Shown here: positions 30,439 to 39,422 of the stretch, piece after piece
Layout: every line of letters starts with the position of its first letter
Numbering within the stretch: the stretch's first letter is position 1
The notes under the pieces: generated by a model
What the model was told of the DNA's origin: nothing
Database searches by the model: none
The model's input: the letters and a program-made list of their open reading frames with translations, nothing else
Assembly (NCBI GenBank): GCA_043819155.1
Contig: JBDRFC010000070.1
Span: 1-45,399, forward strand
Length of the DNA stretch: 45,399 nt
Reading direction: 5' to 3'
From: Chloroflexota bacterium
GTDB taxonomy: Bacteria; Chloroflexota; Dehalococcoidia; Dehalococcoidales; G020351185
Position numbers and translations under genes: made by a program

Positions 30439-30505
30439 TGTTTGGGGTTAAGTGGATAAAAGTCACATGCGCAAGACTCTGCTGTAGATTATAACAAGTT
30501 ATTAT

Positions 30506-30702
30506 AGGAAGCTTAGGGATGAACTTCTTAATAGAGAGATATTTACCACCTTAACCGAGGCAAAGGTATTGATTGAGGAGTGGAGGAGGGAATATAATCA
30601 GGTACGTCCACATAGCTTCTTGGGTTATAGGCCTCCAGCTCCTGAGGCTATAATACCGGTAACTCTAACTTAACAAGTGGTACACCTTATGGGGGCAGGT
30701 CA
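30506..30702 (+). mobile_element. IS3-family transposase 3' remnant with right terminal IR
   Basis: RKLRDELLNREIFTTLTEAKVLIEEWRREYNQVRPHSFLGYRPPAPE; end GTGGTACACCTTATGGGGGCAGGTCA. Confidence 0.88.
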
Positions 30703-30841
30703 CAATTTTCCAGTTCAAACACTTTAGTTTAAGCAATCTATTATATTAAAGCTTATTTGTTATCATTAGCGTTGCAACCTAAGGTGGATAAGCCCTGTTA
30801 GCCTTAAGTTATAAACCTATGCGTGTTGCTATCTAAAACCC

Positions 30842-31282
30842 TTAACCTACTATGGTTAACAACTGGAGATATGGAATAATCACTATATCAAAAAATATTA
30901 TACCTATCACGAGGCCTGCTATATATAGTATACCCGACATTCTCCCTTCGCCGAACATCACATGCTGCCTGAAGGGGCAACCCTCAGCCATTGTTGAAAA
31001 GAAAGCCATACCAAAGGCACCAAATATCATTAGAGGTATCAGGCTTGGGGGCTCAATGTTAATTCCATCAGATAATAATGGGAATCCAGGAAAGTCTCCA
31101 CCTAAAAGATTAAAAATAGAGAAGCCAATTACACCACCTATGATTATACCTATAAGCCCTTTAAGCCGATAAGTATCCCTGACCAGATAGAAATCTCTAA
31201 TGCCGCTTATGGTACAGAACCTTGACCTCTGTCCCATATAGCCAAGTATTAACCCGATTACCAAAGTTACTACACCAATCAT
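30842..31282 (-). CDS. YeeE/YedE-family transporter, C-half subunit
   Basis: GQRSRFCTISGIRD, AEGCPFR; start at a TAATG overlap with AGGAGG RBS. Confidence 0.85.
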   Translation of the reverse strand: MIGVVTLVIGLILGYMGQRSRFCTISGIRDFYLVRDTYRLKGLIGIIIGGVIGFSIFNLLGGDFPGFPLLSDGINIEPPSLIPLMIFGAFGMAFFSTMAEGCPFRQHVMFGEGRMSGILYIAGLVIGIIFFDIVIIPYLQLLTIVG

Positions 31283-31788
31283 TACATCCTCCTGACCTTC
31301 CACTTAATATATTCGCAGGCAACAATAACCCCAATAATTATAGTAGCCAGGATTATTGCAGCGAATATCCATCCGTATGAAACCAACACTGCTGTTCTTA
31401 TGGGGCATGAACCCCATAGTAAGCCAAGATTGACAATCAGGAATCCAAAAATAAATGCTAATAGATTTTCCCTTACCGGACCACGTCTAAATTTGAATTC
31501 CTTGTTTTTTACGGCAGCTATAAACGAACCTATTATCCAACCAACCGGAGTAAGCACAGGCACGGCAACAAAAATACCATGTATAGTGAATTCCGTTCCG
31601 AATACATTATTTATTAACCAGTTTACCAGATTACTCGGATGAGTGATTGCACAAACCCCCTGGCCAACAGGTGGCTGGACTTCAAAATATCCCTGTGCAG
31701 CGGCTGCCAGTATTCCCATCGTCAAACCCGTTATAAGAGCCAAGTTTGCACTTAACTTAAAATTATATTTGAGTTTAGGCAGTTTCAT
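31282..31788 (-). CDS. YeeE/YedE-family transporter, N-half subunit
   Basis: GVCAITH, WGSCPIR; aligns by eye with the N-half of 35840-36955. Confidence 0.8.
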   Translation of the reverse strand: MKLPKLKYNFKLSANLALITGLTMGILAAAAQGYFEVQPPVGQGVCAITHPSNLVNWLINNVFGTEFTIHGIFVAVPVLTPVGWIIGSFIAAVKNKEFKFRRGPVRENLLAFIFGFLIVNLGLLWGSCPIRTAVLVSYGWIFAAIILATIIIGVIVACEYIKWKVRRM

Positions 31789-31869
31789 TTAATTCGATCC
31801 ACCTCCTTTCGGGCTGACTTTGGTGTATGTTATATGCCTGTGAGATTATTAGTTATGTCATCTTCCTCT

Positions 31870-32739
31870 CTATCGAGAGATAACTTTTTTAACTGCTTCG
31901 GGTATATGTTTGATTAATTCTGCGATACCTGTTGCCGGCGTAGGATTGGCTAACTCACCCATGAACCTGTTAATCTGAGCCGCTTTTATGCAGGCATCAG
32001 CCGGTTCAAGTCCACTGTATATCAATGCCGACACTATACCTGTTATAGTGTCCCCCGTTCCACCTATCGCCTCAAGGGCTGGTACCAGAGGCTCTTTAAC
32101 TACTCCAACTACTTCACCATCAACAATAACATGGTCTATAGCAGCTTTAACTATCATATAACGTGGCGTATCTCCATGTTCGTAAGCTTCTTTGCTTAAC
32201 CTGGCGACATCAGTATTGTCAACCTCAAATATAAAATGCTGTACATATGCCGGATGTGCAGCATCCTGGTCTGCCAGGAAACTCAGTTCACCCGGGTCAG
32301 GGGTAAATAGATCAAACTTTTTACTCAGCCCGATAGCCTTAGCATTTAATAGAGCCCCGGCGTCAGCTATGAAAAACGGTTTTCTCTCCATATTTTCCAC
32401 TGTCTCTACCAGTTTTATAAATTGTTCCCTTGTTGGTAGTATATAGTGAATGGTAAGAACTTCAGGTTTCAGATTGACGACTTCATCATTTAAGAACTTG
32501 AACAATTTCAAGCTCCCTTCACCCATGCCGGTATCCCCAATAACCACAGCATGTGGTTCTTGGATATCAAGGGCTTGACACGTAGCCGACGCTGCCGAAA
32601 TCATAGCCGCAGTTCCGATGGTTACATATTCGCTTTCAAGGGTATAATCCCCTATAGTCAGCTTATCTCCATTATACTTACATGGTCCATATGTAAGAGG
32701 CATATCCTCAATCGGCATGGTACCAACCAAAAGAAGCAT
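31870..32739 (-). CDS. ribokinase-fold (NAD(P)HX dehydratase/sugar-kinase-like) protein, copy 2
   Basis: IADAG, FTPDPGEL.FLAD..A.HPAY, EAIGGTGDTITG; paralog of 34386-35267. Confidence 0.8.
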   Translation of the reverse strand: MLLLVGTMPIEDMPLTYGPCKYNGDKLTIGDYTLESEYVTIGTAAMISAASATCQALDIQEPHAVVIGDTGMGEGSLKLFKFLNDEVVNLKPEVLTIHYILPTREQFIKLVETVENMERKPFFIADAGALLNAKAIGLSKKFDLFTPDPGELSFLADQDAAHPAYVQHFIFEVDNTDVARLSKEAYEHGDTPRYMIVKAAIDHVIVDGEVVGVVKEPLVPALEAIGGTGDTITGIVSALIYSGLEPADACIKAAQINRFMGELANPTPATGIAELIKHIPEAVKKVISR

Positions 32740-32740
32740 T

Positions 32741-33292
32741 TTACTTACCCTTCCTTTCCTTCTTGAATAATTCTAAAGCTTTCAGATAGGCGTGCTCCAT
32801 AGTGTAGGCACATATAGTCTTCCCCAGCTCCCTAGGCTTGGGACCTTTACCAATTACGGTTCCTGTAAGTCTCAGACCGAGCCATGGTATATCCGGTCAG
32901 CCACCCCCTGAAATATTAACTATTGTACCGGTTCCCTTCTGGTATGTAATTTTCATATTGCCACATCGGACCATTGTATAATCAGGAAAGTCCGTTGTTT
33001 TAATCAATGTTGTTAGATATACGGGCACCAGCTTTGTATCTTTAGGCATAAATAATATATCCAGGATAAGCACATTTTTCTCATCCAGGATACGTTCCGC
33101 TTCATCGACTTCTGGCGCGCTAAGTTCAATTGCCAGGTCACAACCGGTTCTATATTCCGGCGGGGGCGCTACTTCCTTTATCTTTAGCCCGGCTTCCTCG
33201 AGTACGTGTTTAGCACGCAAGGCATGATAAATATAATCAAAAACAATTAGTGCTTTTTCTTCTTCCAGTGCTTCTTTCGCCAATTGGCTCAC
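32741..33292 (-). CDS. DUF3343-domain protein, probable selenoprotein (Sec at codon 132, UGA at 32897-32899), 183 aa
   Basis: NISGGG-TGA-PDIPWLGL...KPRELGKTICAYTME aligns with paralog NISGGG-C-PDIPYLNV...KPKDLGFTLCAVML; readthrough ends at TAA one nt before the next start. Confidence 0.88.
32866..32899 (-). promoter_or_regulatory. bacterial SECIS element candidate
   Basis: UGA-CCGGAUAUACCAUGG-CUC-GGUCU-GAG; GGUCU begins at +19 after UGA, the same offset as in the E. coli fdhF SECIS. Confidence 0.7.
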
Positions 33293-33552
33293 CTCCTCAC
33301 TTTTTTTAATTTGTCTTACTTTTATGAATTATTTTTTCTTATAATGGACATGTTTTTTAGTTCGCTTCAGTTTATTACCTAATATAAGGCCTGTCAATGA
33401 TATTACGGCTTTTTTTATTTTCCTTAAGTTTCTTAAATTAAAGAAGGGGCAAGGTATAATTCTTTAAAATTACTACCTCCCCCTCCGGTATATTTTTATT
33501 TTAGTGTTTTAGTCTTTATGTCAAGTCTACAACCCTATGTTTTCAGTATATA

Positions 33553-34146
33553 TTATATATTTATTACTTTTGGGCTATCAATTAATATATTTACTATTTC
33601 ATACATATTGCTTGCAACTCCCACCTTTAATTTATCCGTTAGTTCATAATATGCCAGGCAGGTACCACAAGATATTATATTAATCCCTTCTTTCTCTAAA
33701 AGTACCAGGGTTTCCAGAACCTCTGAACCTTCTGTGATTAGCTTCACTCCGTTATTAATAAAGATTATGCTATCTGGTTTTACTTCAGCTTCCCATATTG
33801 TATTCAGGAAAGCTTTAATCAATACCTCTCCTAGTCTTTTATCTCCTGTCCCCAACCTGTCACTTGTAATAAATATGACATATTTATCAGATACCTGTTC
33901 GTTCCGTTCATTTTGCGTCCGCCCGGCCTCATCTCCTTTAGTTATATCTACATAAAAACCGTCTTCTTTTTCTTTCGCCACAACCTGATAACCACTATTT
34001 TTGGCGAGACGCTTTATATTTTCAAAACTGGTCTTATTATCTACGATGACCGTAATCGTACCCGATTCAATCTCATCAAGCGCCTGTCTTGTATTCACAA
34101 CCGGCTTGGGGCACTCAAGGCCCCGGCAATCTATTTGCTTAACCAT
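33553..34146 (-). CDS. yedF: selenium metabolism protein YedF-like (TusA domain + DsrE-like domain)
   Basis: IDCRGLECPKPVV, G.GD..LG.VL.KAFL, NNGVKL, SCGTCL. Confidence 0.88.
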   Translation of the reverse strand: MVKQIDCRGLECPKPVVNTRQALDEIESGTITVIVDNKTSFENIKRLAKNSGYQVVAKEKEDGFYVDITKGDEAGRTQNERNEQVSDKYVIFITSDRLGTGDKRLGEVLIKAFLNTIWEAEVKPDSIIFINNGVKLITEGSEVLETLVLLEKEGINIISCGTCLAYYELTDKLKVGVASNMYEIVNILIDSPKVINI

Positions 34147-34155
34147 TTTAAGCTT

Positions 34156-34374
34156 TTATTTTCCGGGTGGGGTCAGTTTTATATGGAAATCGTCTCCCAC
34201 TTCCTCTATTTTTACATTATAGCCTTTACTTTGTGCCAGCCGGGATACGTTCTCTCTGGTAACGCTTGTCTCTGTAACAACACTTAATATTTCATTGGGA
34301 TTTTCTTCAATTGCTTTTTTTGTTCTAACAACCGGTATAGGGCAGGAAAAACCTCGTACATCGACTTCAATCAT
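34156..34374 (-). CDS. TusA/SirA-family carrier
   Basis: Start reassigned to 34374 (MIEVDVRGFSCPIPVV) after AAGGAGG. Confidence 0.92.
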   Translation of the reverse strand: MIEVDVRGFSCPIPVVRTKKAIEENPNEILSVVTETSVTRENVSRLAQSKGYNVKIEEVGDDFHIKLTPPGK

Positions 34375-34385
34375 TGTACTCCTCC

Positions 34386-35267
34386 TTATGTATAACAGAC
34401 TTCGCTCCACTTGCAAAGATACTCTTCAAATACCGCCGGGAACTGGTCAATTATCTGCCCGACCTTGGTCGCCGGTGTCGGTTTAGCATATTTGCCAGCC
34501 ATACGATTTGTTTTAGCAGCAATTACAGCCGCTTCTTTAGGTTTAAGCCCAGCATATACAAAAGCCGAGACAAGCCCGGTAATGGTATCGCCGGTGCCGC
34601 CAATAGCTTCAAGTGTTGGTACATCGGGTTCGTTTATGGTTTCCAGTATTTTTCCATCGCTGGCTATATAATCGGTCTTTCCTTTAACAAGAAGCAGCTT
34701 GGCTGCACTTCCATTATTAAAAGCAGCCTTAATTTGCTCTGGGATTTTACTGGAATCACAGTTAAAAAGATGTTCTGCGATATAAGCCGGGTGCGTAGCT
34801 TTAGGATCAGCAAGAAAGGCAATCTCTGAGGGGTCAGGTGTCAGAATATCAAATTCTGATGCCAACCCGGCTCCTTTAGCGGCATACATTGCACCGGCAT
34901 CGGCAATCATAAATGGCCGTTTTTTACTATTTTCAGCCGCCTTACATAGCTGCTTCATCAAAGCCATAATGGGTAAACAATAATGCATCACAAAAACATC
35001 CGGAGAAAGTTCATCTATATTATCTATAAGATATCTATAGAGTTCCCGGCTGCCTTTGCCATCACCGATATCCCCAACTACCAATACTTTTGGTGGCTCC
35101 AGTTTTAGATAATTAGTAGTTGTTAGTGCAGCGCTTATCATGGCGCCTGTTCCCTGGATTCGTGAAAAACGCCTGCCATCAGCCAACAAAAAGTCTCCTT
35201 CTAACTTAACCTGGCCTAAAGTCAAAGGCATATCTTTGTTTGGCACTGTACCTGCAATAAGCATCAT
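34386..35267 (-). CDS. ribokinase-fold (NAD(P)HX dehydratase/sugar-kinase-like) protein, copy 1
   Basis: IADAG, LTPDPSE, HPAY, KGKTD, EAIGGTGDTITG. Confidence 0.8.
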   Translation of the reverse strand: MMLIAGTVPNKDMPLTLGQVKLEGDFLLADGRRFSRIQGTGAMISAALTTTNYLKLEPPKVLVVGDIGDGKGSRELYRYLIDNIDELSPDVFVMHYCLPIMALMKQLCKAAENSKKRPFMIADAGAMYAAKGAGLASEFDILTPDPSEIAFLADPKATHPAYIAEHLFNCDSSKIPEQIKAAFNNGSAAKLLLVKGKTDYIASDGKILETINEPDVPTLEAIGGTGDTITGLVSAFVYAGLKPKEAAVIAAKTNRMAGKYAKPTPATKVGQIIDQFPAVFEEYLCKWSEVCYT

Positions 35268-35800
35268 TAGTTATTACCTCCGTTCCAGAGGTTAAGGCAC
35301 TCCTCCAGGGCTAAATCAAGCATTACGGCACATAGGGTAAAACCAAGATCTTTTGGCTTTGGTGCTTCAGTAAGCAATTTATCAACCAGTTCCACATTAA
35401 GGTAAGGAATATCGGGGCAGCCACCACCAGATATATTAACAATTATACCGCTGCCTTTATCAAAGGAAATCTTCATATTGCCCGCTTTAACCATGGTCCA
35501 CTGGCCGTAATCTGTAATCTTTACGATCTCACACATATCGGCAGTTCCTTTCATAAGGGGAAAGATACCAACAAAGGCAGCATCCTTCTCTTTCAATAAC
35601 CGCTCAATGCCGGCACTTTCTACAAGATTTATCTCCAGAGCCAGGTCACAGCCCATACGTAATTCTGGCGGCGGAGCGATTAGTTTAATTTCGTAATCAG
35701 CACCTTTTATAAGCTTTTCCGCTTCTATGGCGTGCGAAACTCCCTGGAAGATTACTATTCCATCACCTTTAAAAGCAATACCTTTCTTTTTAAACGCCAT
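35267..35800 (-). CDS. DUF3343-domain protein, Cys form
   Basis: AI.AEK...APPPELRMGCDLA, NISGGGCPD, GFTLCA. Confidence 0.85.
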   Translation of the reverse strand: MAFKKKGIAFKGDGIVIFQGVSHAIEAEKLIKGADYEIKLIAPPPELRMGCDLALEINLVESAGIERLLKEKDAAFVGIFPLMKGTADMCEIVKITDYGQWTMVKAGNMKISFDKGSGIIVNISGGGCPDIPYLNVELVDKLLTEAPKPKDLGFTLCAVMLDLALEECLNLWNGGNN

Positions 35801-35839
35801 TTATAAACCTCTATTACTTATTCTTTTCTTTTATTTCAA

Positions 35840-36955
35840 TTAAGCTTTCTGATGCATTAAGAAGCCGACTGTCAAACAGAAAGCAAGGCCCACAAACACT
35901 GCTATCACGGTATTAGCGCCTATACCACTCGGGCTTGAAGCCAGCAGGAAGTTATGGGAGAATGCCGCCCCTGCAATCAATCCCAGTATAAATACCCCGG
36001 CATCAGCATCTCCTTCACCCGCTATTATAAGATTACGCAATGGACAAGCGCCGGCAAAAATAAAAGCCATCCCTGCCAAGGACATACCAAGAAAGTTCCA
36101 TAAATGGTTATTGTGGGCTACCGGCTGGTTTTCAAATCCCCAGCTATAGATAATATCATTGCCGATTAAGGTTCCCTCGGCGAAATTACCAACTATATAG
36201 TTTGTAACTAAAGCACCGACTATTATTGCGATAATGCCACTTAAGAGATGCGTACTTCTGACCAGCATTACGTCACGCCAGGCACCAACGGTACAAAGTC
36301 TTGTCCTCTGGAATATAAAACCTACTGCCAGCCCAACGACGAGTGATACCGCAAGCGATGCATACATAGACCCGGGACCGCTCTCACTGGTATATATAAC
36401 ATCCAGACCCTTTGTTGTTTCAATAATGGCAAATATAAGTAATCCGACCAGAACAATTGGTATAATCAAGCCCACCAGATGATGCGTCTTGCCTGCCCTG
36501 CCCAAACTGAATCCCCTCTTCAGGAAGAAGACGGCTACCGCTATACCAACCAACAATCCGGCGAGGCCTGTAACAGCATTCAGGTCACCTCCACCGAGGC
36601 GGAGCAACAGGCGGACCGGGCAACCCAGAAACACAAGGGCGCCTATCATTGCGAAAGCGCCCAGGAAAAAACGTATTATTGGCGATGAGCCTCCCCTGGG
36701 GCGCCACTCACGGAAAGCTAATGCAGTTATGAAAGCCCCCAACCCAAAACCTATAATTTCAGGTCTTATATACTGCACCACTCCTGCCCTGTGTAAGCCT
36801 AGCGCTCCTGTAATATCCCGGATGAAGCAGGCAACACATGTGCCCATATTCCCCGGGTTACCCCAGTTCACCAGCAAAGCACCGAGGATTCCGAAGGCAA
36901 GTCCACCCAAGATGACCCATTTCTTCGGCTTGAAATATTCAATAATTGAATTCAT
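35840..36955 (-). CDS. yedE: YedE-family putative selenium transporter
   Basis: GNPGNMGTCVACFIRD..GALGLHRA.VVQY.RPEI, FLGCP.R, QRTRLC, GACPLR. Confidence 0.92.
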   Translation of the reverse strand: MNSIIEYFKPKKWVILGGLAFGILGALLVNWGNPGNMGTCVACFIRDITGALGLHRAGVVQYIRPEIIGFGLGAFITALAFREWRPRGGSSPIIRFFLGAFAMIGALVFLGCPVRLLLRLGGGDLNAVTGLAGLLVGIAVAVFFLKRGFSLGRAGKTHHLVGLIIPIVLVGLLIFAIIETTKGLDVIYTSESGPGSMYASLAVSLVVGLAVGFIFQRTRLCTVGAWRDVMLVRSTHLLSGIIAIIVGALVTNYIVGNFAEGTLIGNDIIYSWGFENQPVAHNNHLWNFLGMSLAGMAFIFAGACPLRNLIIAGEGDADAGVFILGLIAGAAFSHNFLLASSPSGIGANTVIAVFVGLAFCLTVGFLMHQKA

Positions 36956-37078
36956 TTCACATTAACCCTCCTTGAAGTAATATAACAACCTTTCTTTATA
37001 CTGAATCAGTCCACATCTATACCCCCTTATTTTACTTGAGGCTAAAAACCCATATTGTATAATAAGAACTTTTTTTAT

Positions 37079-37154
37079 TAACTATAAATAATAGCTATAG
37101 TTACTGTTGTTGTCAAGCCTTTTTCTTGACTTTGCTATTTTTTTGGATTAGATT
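37079..37154. promoter_or_regulatory. divergent promoters for yedE and the tusA-like gene, with inverted-repeat operator
   Basis: Minus strand TTGACA-17-TATTAT; plus strand TTGACT-17-TAGATT; TAACTATA-N9-TATAGTTA over the yedE -10. Confidence 0.55.
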
Positions 37155-37191
37155 AATATTGATAGTCCAATATAGAGGAGGTTGAGTAGCC

Positions 37192-37470
37192 ATGGTAGAA
37201 GTTAAAGCGAATGCTCAGCTGGATGTTCTTGGCAAGAAGTGCCCGGAGCCAAATATGCTGATTAAGAGTAAGCTGGATACAATGAACCCGGGAGATATCC
37301 TAGAGGTAGTAGGTGATGCGGAAAACAGGAGGAGTATTGAGAGATTTATTAAGATGAGAGGGCATGAAACCATCAGCGTTGCTGAAGAGGGCGATGAGTT
37401 CAGGTTGTTCTTAAAGAAAGCAGAAAAAGAAAAGGGAGACACACCAATAAGTACATGTGGGTTAAAATAG
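37192..37470 (+). CDS. TusA-family carrier with extra C-terminal Cys
   Basis: LDVLGKKCPEP; tail STCGLK; GGAGG RBS. Confidence 0.9.
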   Translation: MVEVKANAQLDVLGKKCPEPNMLIKSKLDTMNPGDILEVVGDAENRRSIERFIKMRGHETISVAEEGDEFRLFLKKAEKEKGDTPISTCGLK

Positions 37471-37597
37471 TTTGTTTTTCTCCTAATAGCAGACTTTAAA
37501 TCTATAGAATAGGTTTTTTCAGGCATATCATGTCGGTATGCCTGATTTATTATAAAAAGCCTCGAGTTTAATTGCATTTTTGCTTCTATTTATTGTA

Positions 37598-37646
37598 TGG
37601 ACAGGAGGTATAAGTAATGTTATACTCTATTTAAATATGCGCATAT
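37598..37646 (+). promoter_or_regulatory. ars-like operon promoter and operator
   Basis: TGGACA-17-TATACT, then ATATGCGCATAT palindrome. Confidence 0.6.
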
Positions 37647-37661
37647 AGGGGTGTAGTTTAT

Positions 37662-38021
37662 ATGAAAGAACTGACAAGAGCTGTGCATGCCCTCTCCGAT
37701 GAAACGCGTGTCCGCATCATCAACCTTATCATGGAGCGTGAATGCTGTGTATGTGAGGTAATGCAGGCACTCAACATTTCGCAGACACGTGCCTCACGCA
37801 ACCTGAAGATTCTATATGACGCCGGCTTTCTCAATATGCGAAACGATGGTCTTTTTACACTGTATTCCATCAATTCTGAAAGTAATGACGATTTTTACGC
37901 CCACCTTCTGCAAGCAGTTAGAAAGGACCTGCAAACAAACACTACCGCACGTAAAGACTTGCGCCAACTCGCTAAAACCAAGCGAGTAAGACCTGGTTTT
38001 GCAAGCAGATTGGTGCAATAG
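37662..38021 (+). CDS. arsR: ArsR-family metalloid-sensing repressor
   Basis: ALSDETRVRI, ECCVCEV (alpha3 As-binding-type motif). Confidence 0.9.
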   Translation: MKELTRAVHALSDETRVRIINLIMERECCVCEVMQALNISQTRASRNLKILYDAGFLNMRNDGLFTLYSINSESNDDFYAHLLQAVRKDLQTNTTARKDLRQLAKTKRVRPGFASRLVQ

Positions 38022-39056
38022 ATGCCATTTGTTGTAGAGCTACTTCAGGGTGGCTGGGATGCCCTTCTTGAATACCTATCCTTTCATGTCCTTACCTGCC
38101 TTGTACCGGCCTTCTTCATCGCCGGAGCCATTGCCGTTTTTATATCTCAGGGGGCTATTCTCAAATACTTCGGCCCTAAAGCCAACAAATTCCTATCCTA
38201 CGGCGTCGCTTCGGTTTCTGGTACCGTTCTTGCCGTCTGCTCCTGCACCATATTGCCCCTTTTCGGCGGTATCTATAAAAGGGGGGCTGGCCTGGGACCA
38301 GCCATCGCTTTTCTGTATTCCGGCCCGGCTATCAATGTGCTGGCAATCATCTATTCCGCCCGTTTGCTGGGATACGATATCGGTCTGGCACGAGCTTTGG
38401 GAGCAATCGGCTTTGCTATAATAACCGGACTTATCATGGCATGGATATTCCATAAAGAAAAGACGACCGGTGACGAGCGTGCCTTCGCCAGTATGCCTCA
38501 GGACCCGTCAGATAAAAAGATGTGGCAACTGCTGCTGTTTTTCGGTTCCCTGATAGGTATACTTGTTTTTGCCGCCTCCAAAGAATGGATTTTGACCGGC
38601 GTTGCGTTTGCCCTTTTGTTTTTTGTGTTATGGCGCTGGTTTAGCCGTCAGGATATTATCCATTGGATGAAAGAGACATGGCATTTCTTCAAATTGATAT
38701 TACCCTGGTTACTTGGCGGCGTTTTTATCGCCGGTATACTTACAGTGCTTATCCCGGGTGATGTAGTGGCTGAATGGGTGGGTGGTAATAGCATTCAAGC
38801 CAACTCACTGGCGTCTGTTTCGGGTATGCTGATGTATTTTGCCACGCTAACGGAAGTGCCCATTATCCGCGCCTTTATGGATCTGGGTATGGGCAAGGGT
38901 CCTGCGCTGGCTTTGCTTCTGGCTGGCCCTGCCGTCTCATTACCCAGTATACTGGTGTTGAGAAAAATCATGGGCTGGCGTAAAACTCTTACTTATATAG
39001 TATTGGTAGTGATTATGGCCACCCTGACAGGTTTTATCTTCGGGCAAATAGTCTAA
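38022..39056 (+). CDS. ArsP-like (DUF318) permease
   Basis: CLVPAFFIAG, AVCSC, FLYSGPAIN, MYFATLTEVP. Confidence 0.9.
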   Translation: MPFVVELLQGGWDALLEYLSFHVLTCLVPAFFIAGAIAVFISQGAILKYFGPKANKFLSYGVASVSGTVLAVCSCTILPLFGGIYKRGAGLGPAIAFLYSGPAINVLAIIYSARLLGYDIGLARALGAIGFAIITGLIMAWIFHKEKTTGDERAFASMPQDPSDKKMWQLLLFFGSLIGILVFAASKEWILTGVAFALLFFVLWRWFSRQDIIHWMKETWHFFKLILPWLLGGVFIAGILTVLIPGDVVAEWVGGNSIQANSLASVSGMLMYFATLTEVPIIRAFMDLGMGKGPALALLLAGPAVSLPSILVLRKIMGWRKTLTYIVLVVIMATLTGFIFGQIV

Positions 39057-39072
39057 AACACTGGAGGAAAAA

Positions 39073-39331
39073 ATGAAAATAAAGGTTTTAGGTCCAGGCT
39101 GTGCCAAGTGTCACAAGCTGGGGCGAGTTGTAAGAGAGGTTGTTGATGAACTTAAGTTAGACGCCACAGTTGAAGATGTTGAGGACATAATGAAGATGCT
39201 AGAATACCCCATTCTGACCACACCGGGGCTGGTAATTGATGAAGAAGTAATCATTTCGGGGCAGGTCCCATCCAAAGAAAAAGGTAATAGAGTTGATTAA
39301 GAATGCTGCTGAAAAAGGAAAGGGCTCTTGA
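39073..39331 (+). CDS. small thioredoxin-like redox disulfide protein; probable 1-nt frameshift at A5 39278-39282
   Basis: MKIKVLGPGCAKC...TPGLVID; removing one A gives the helical end PSKEKVIELIKNAAEKGKGS. Confidence 0.85.
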
Positions 39332-39422
39332 GAAAGATATAACACCCAAATTTGTGCAGCATCATGGTTATATGACAGAGTTTGTTATAAAGTAAGAATA
39401 AATTCAATGTTTTTAGGAGGTT

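Noticed and set aside
33300-33550. tRNA-Sec or a riboswitch between the two Se operons
   Set aside because: AT-rich with no cloverleaf or recognisable aptamer; only a promoter and a weak hairpin are visible.
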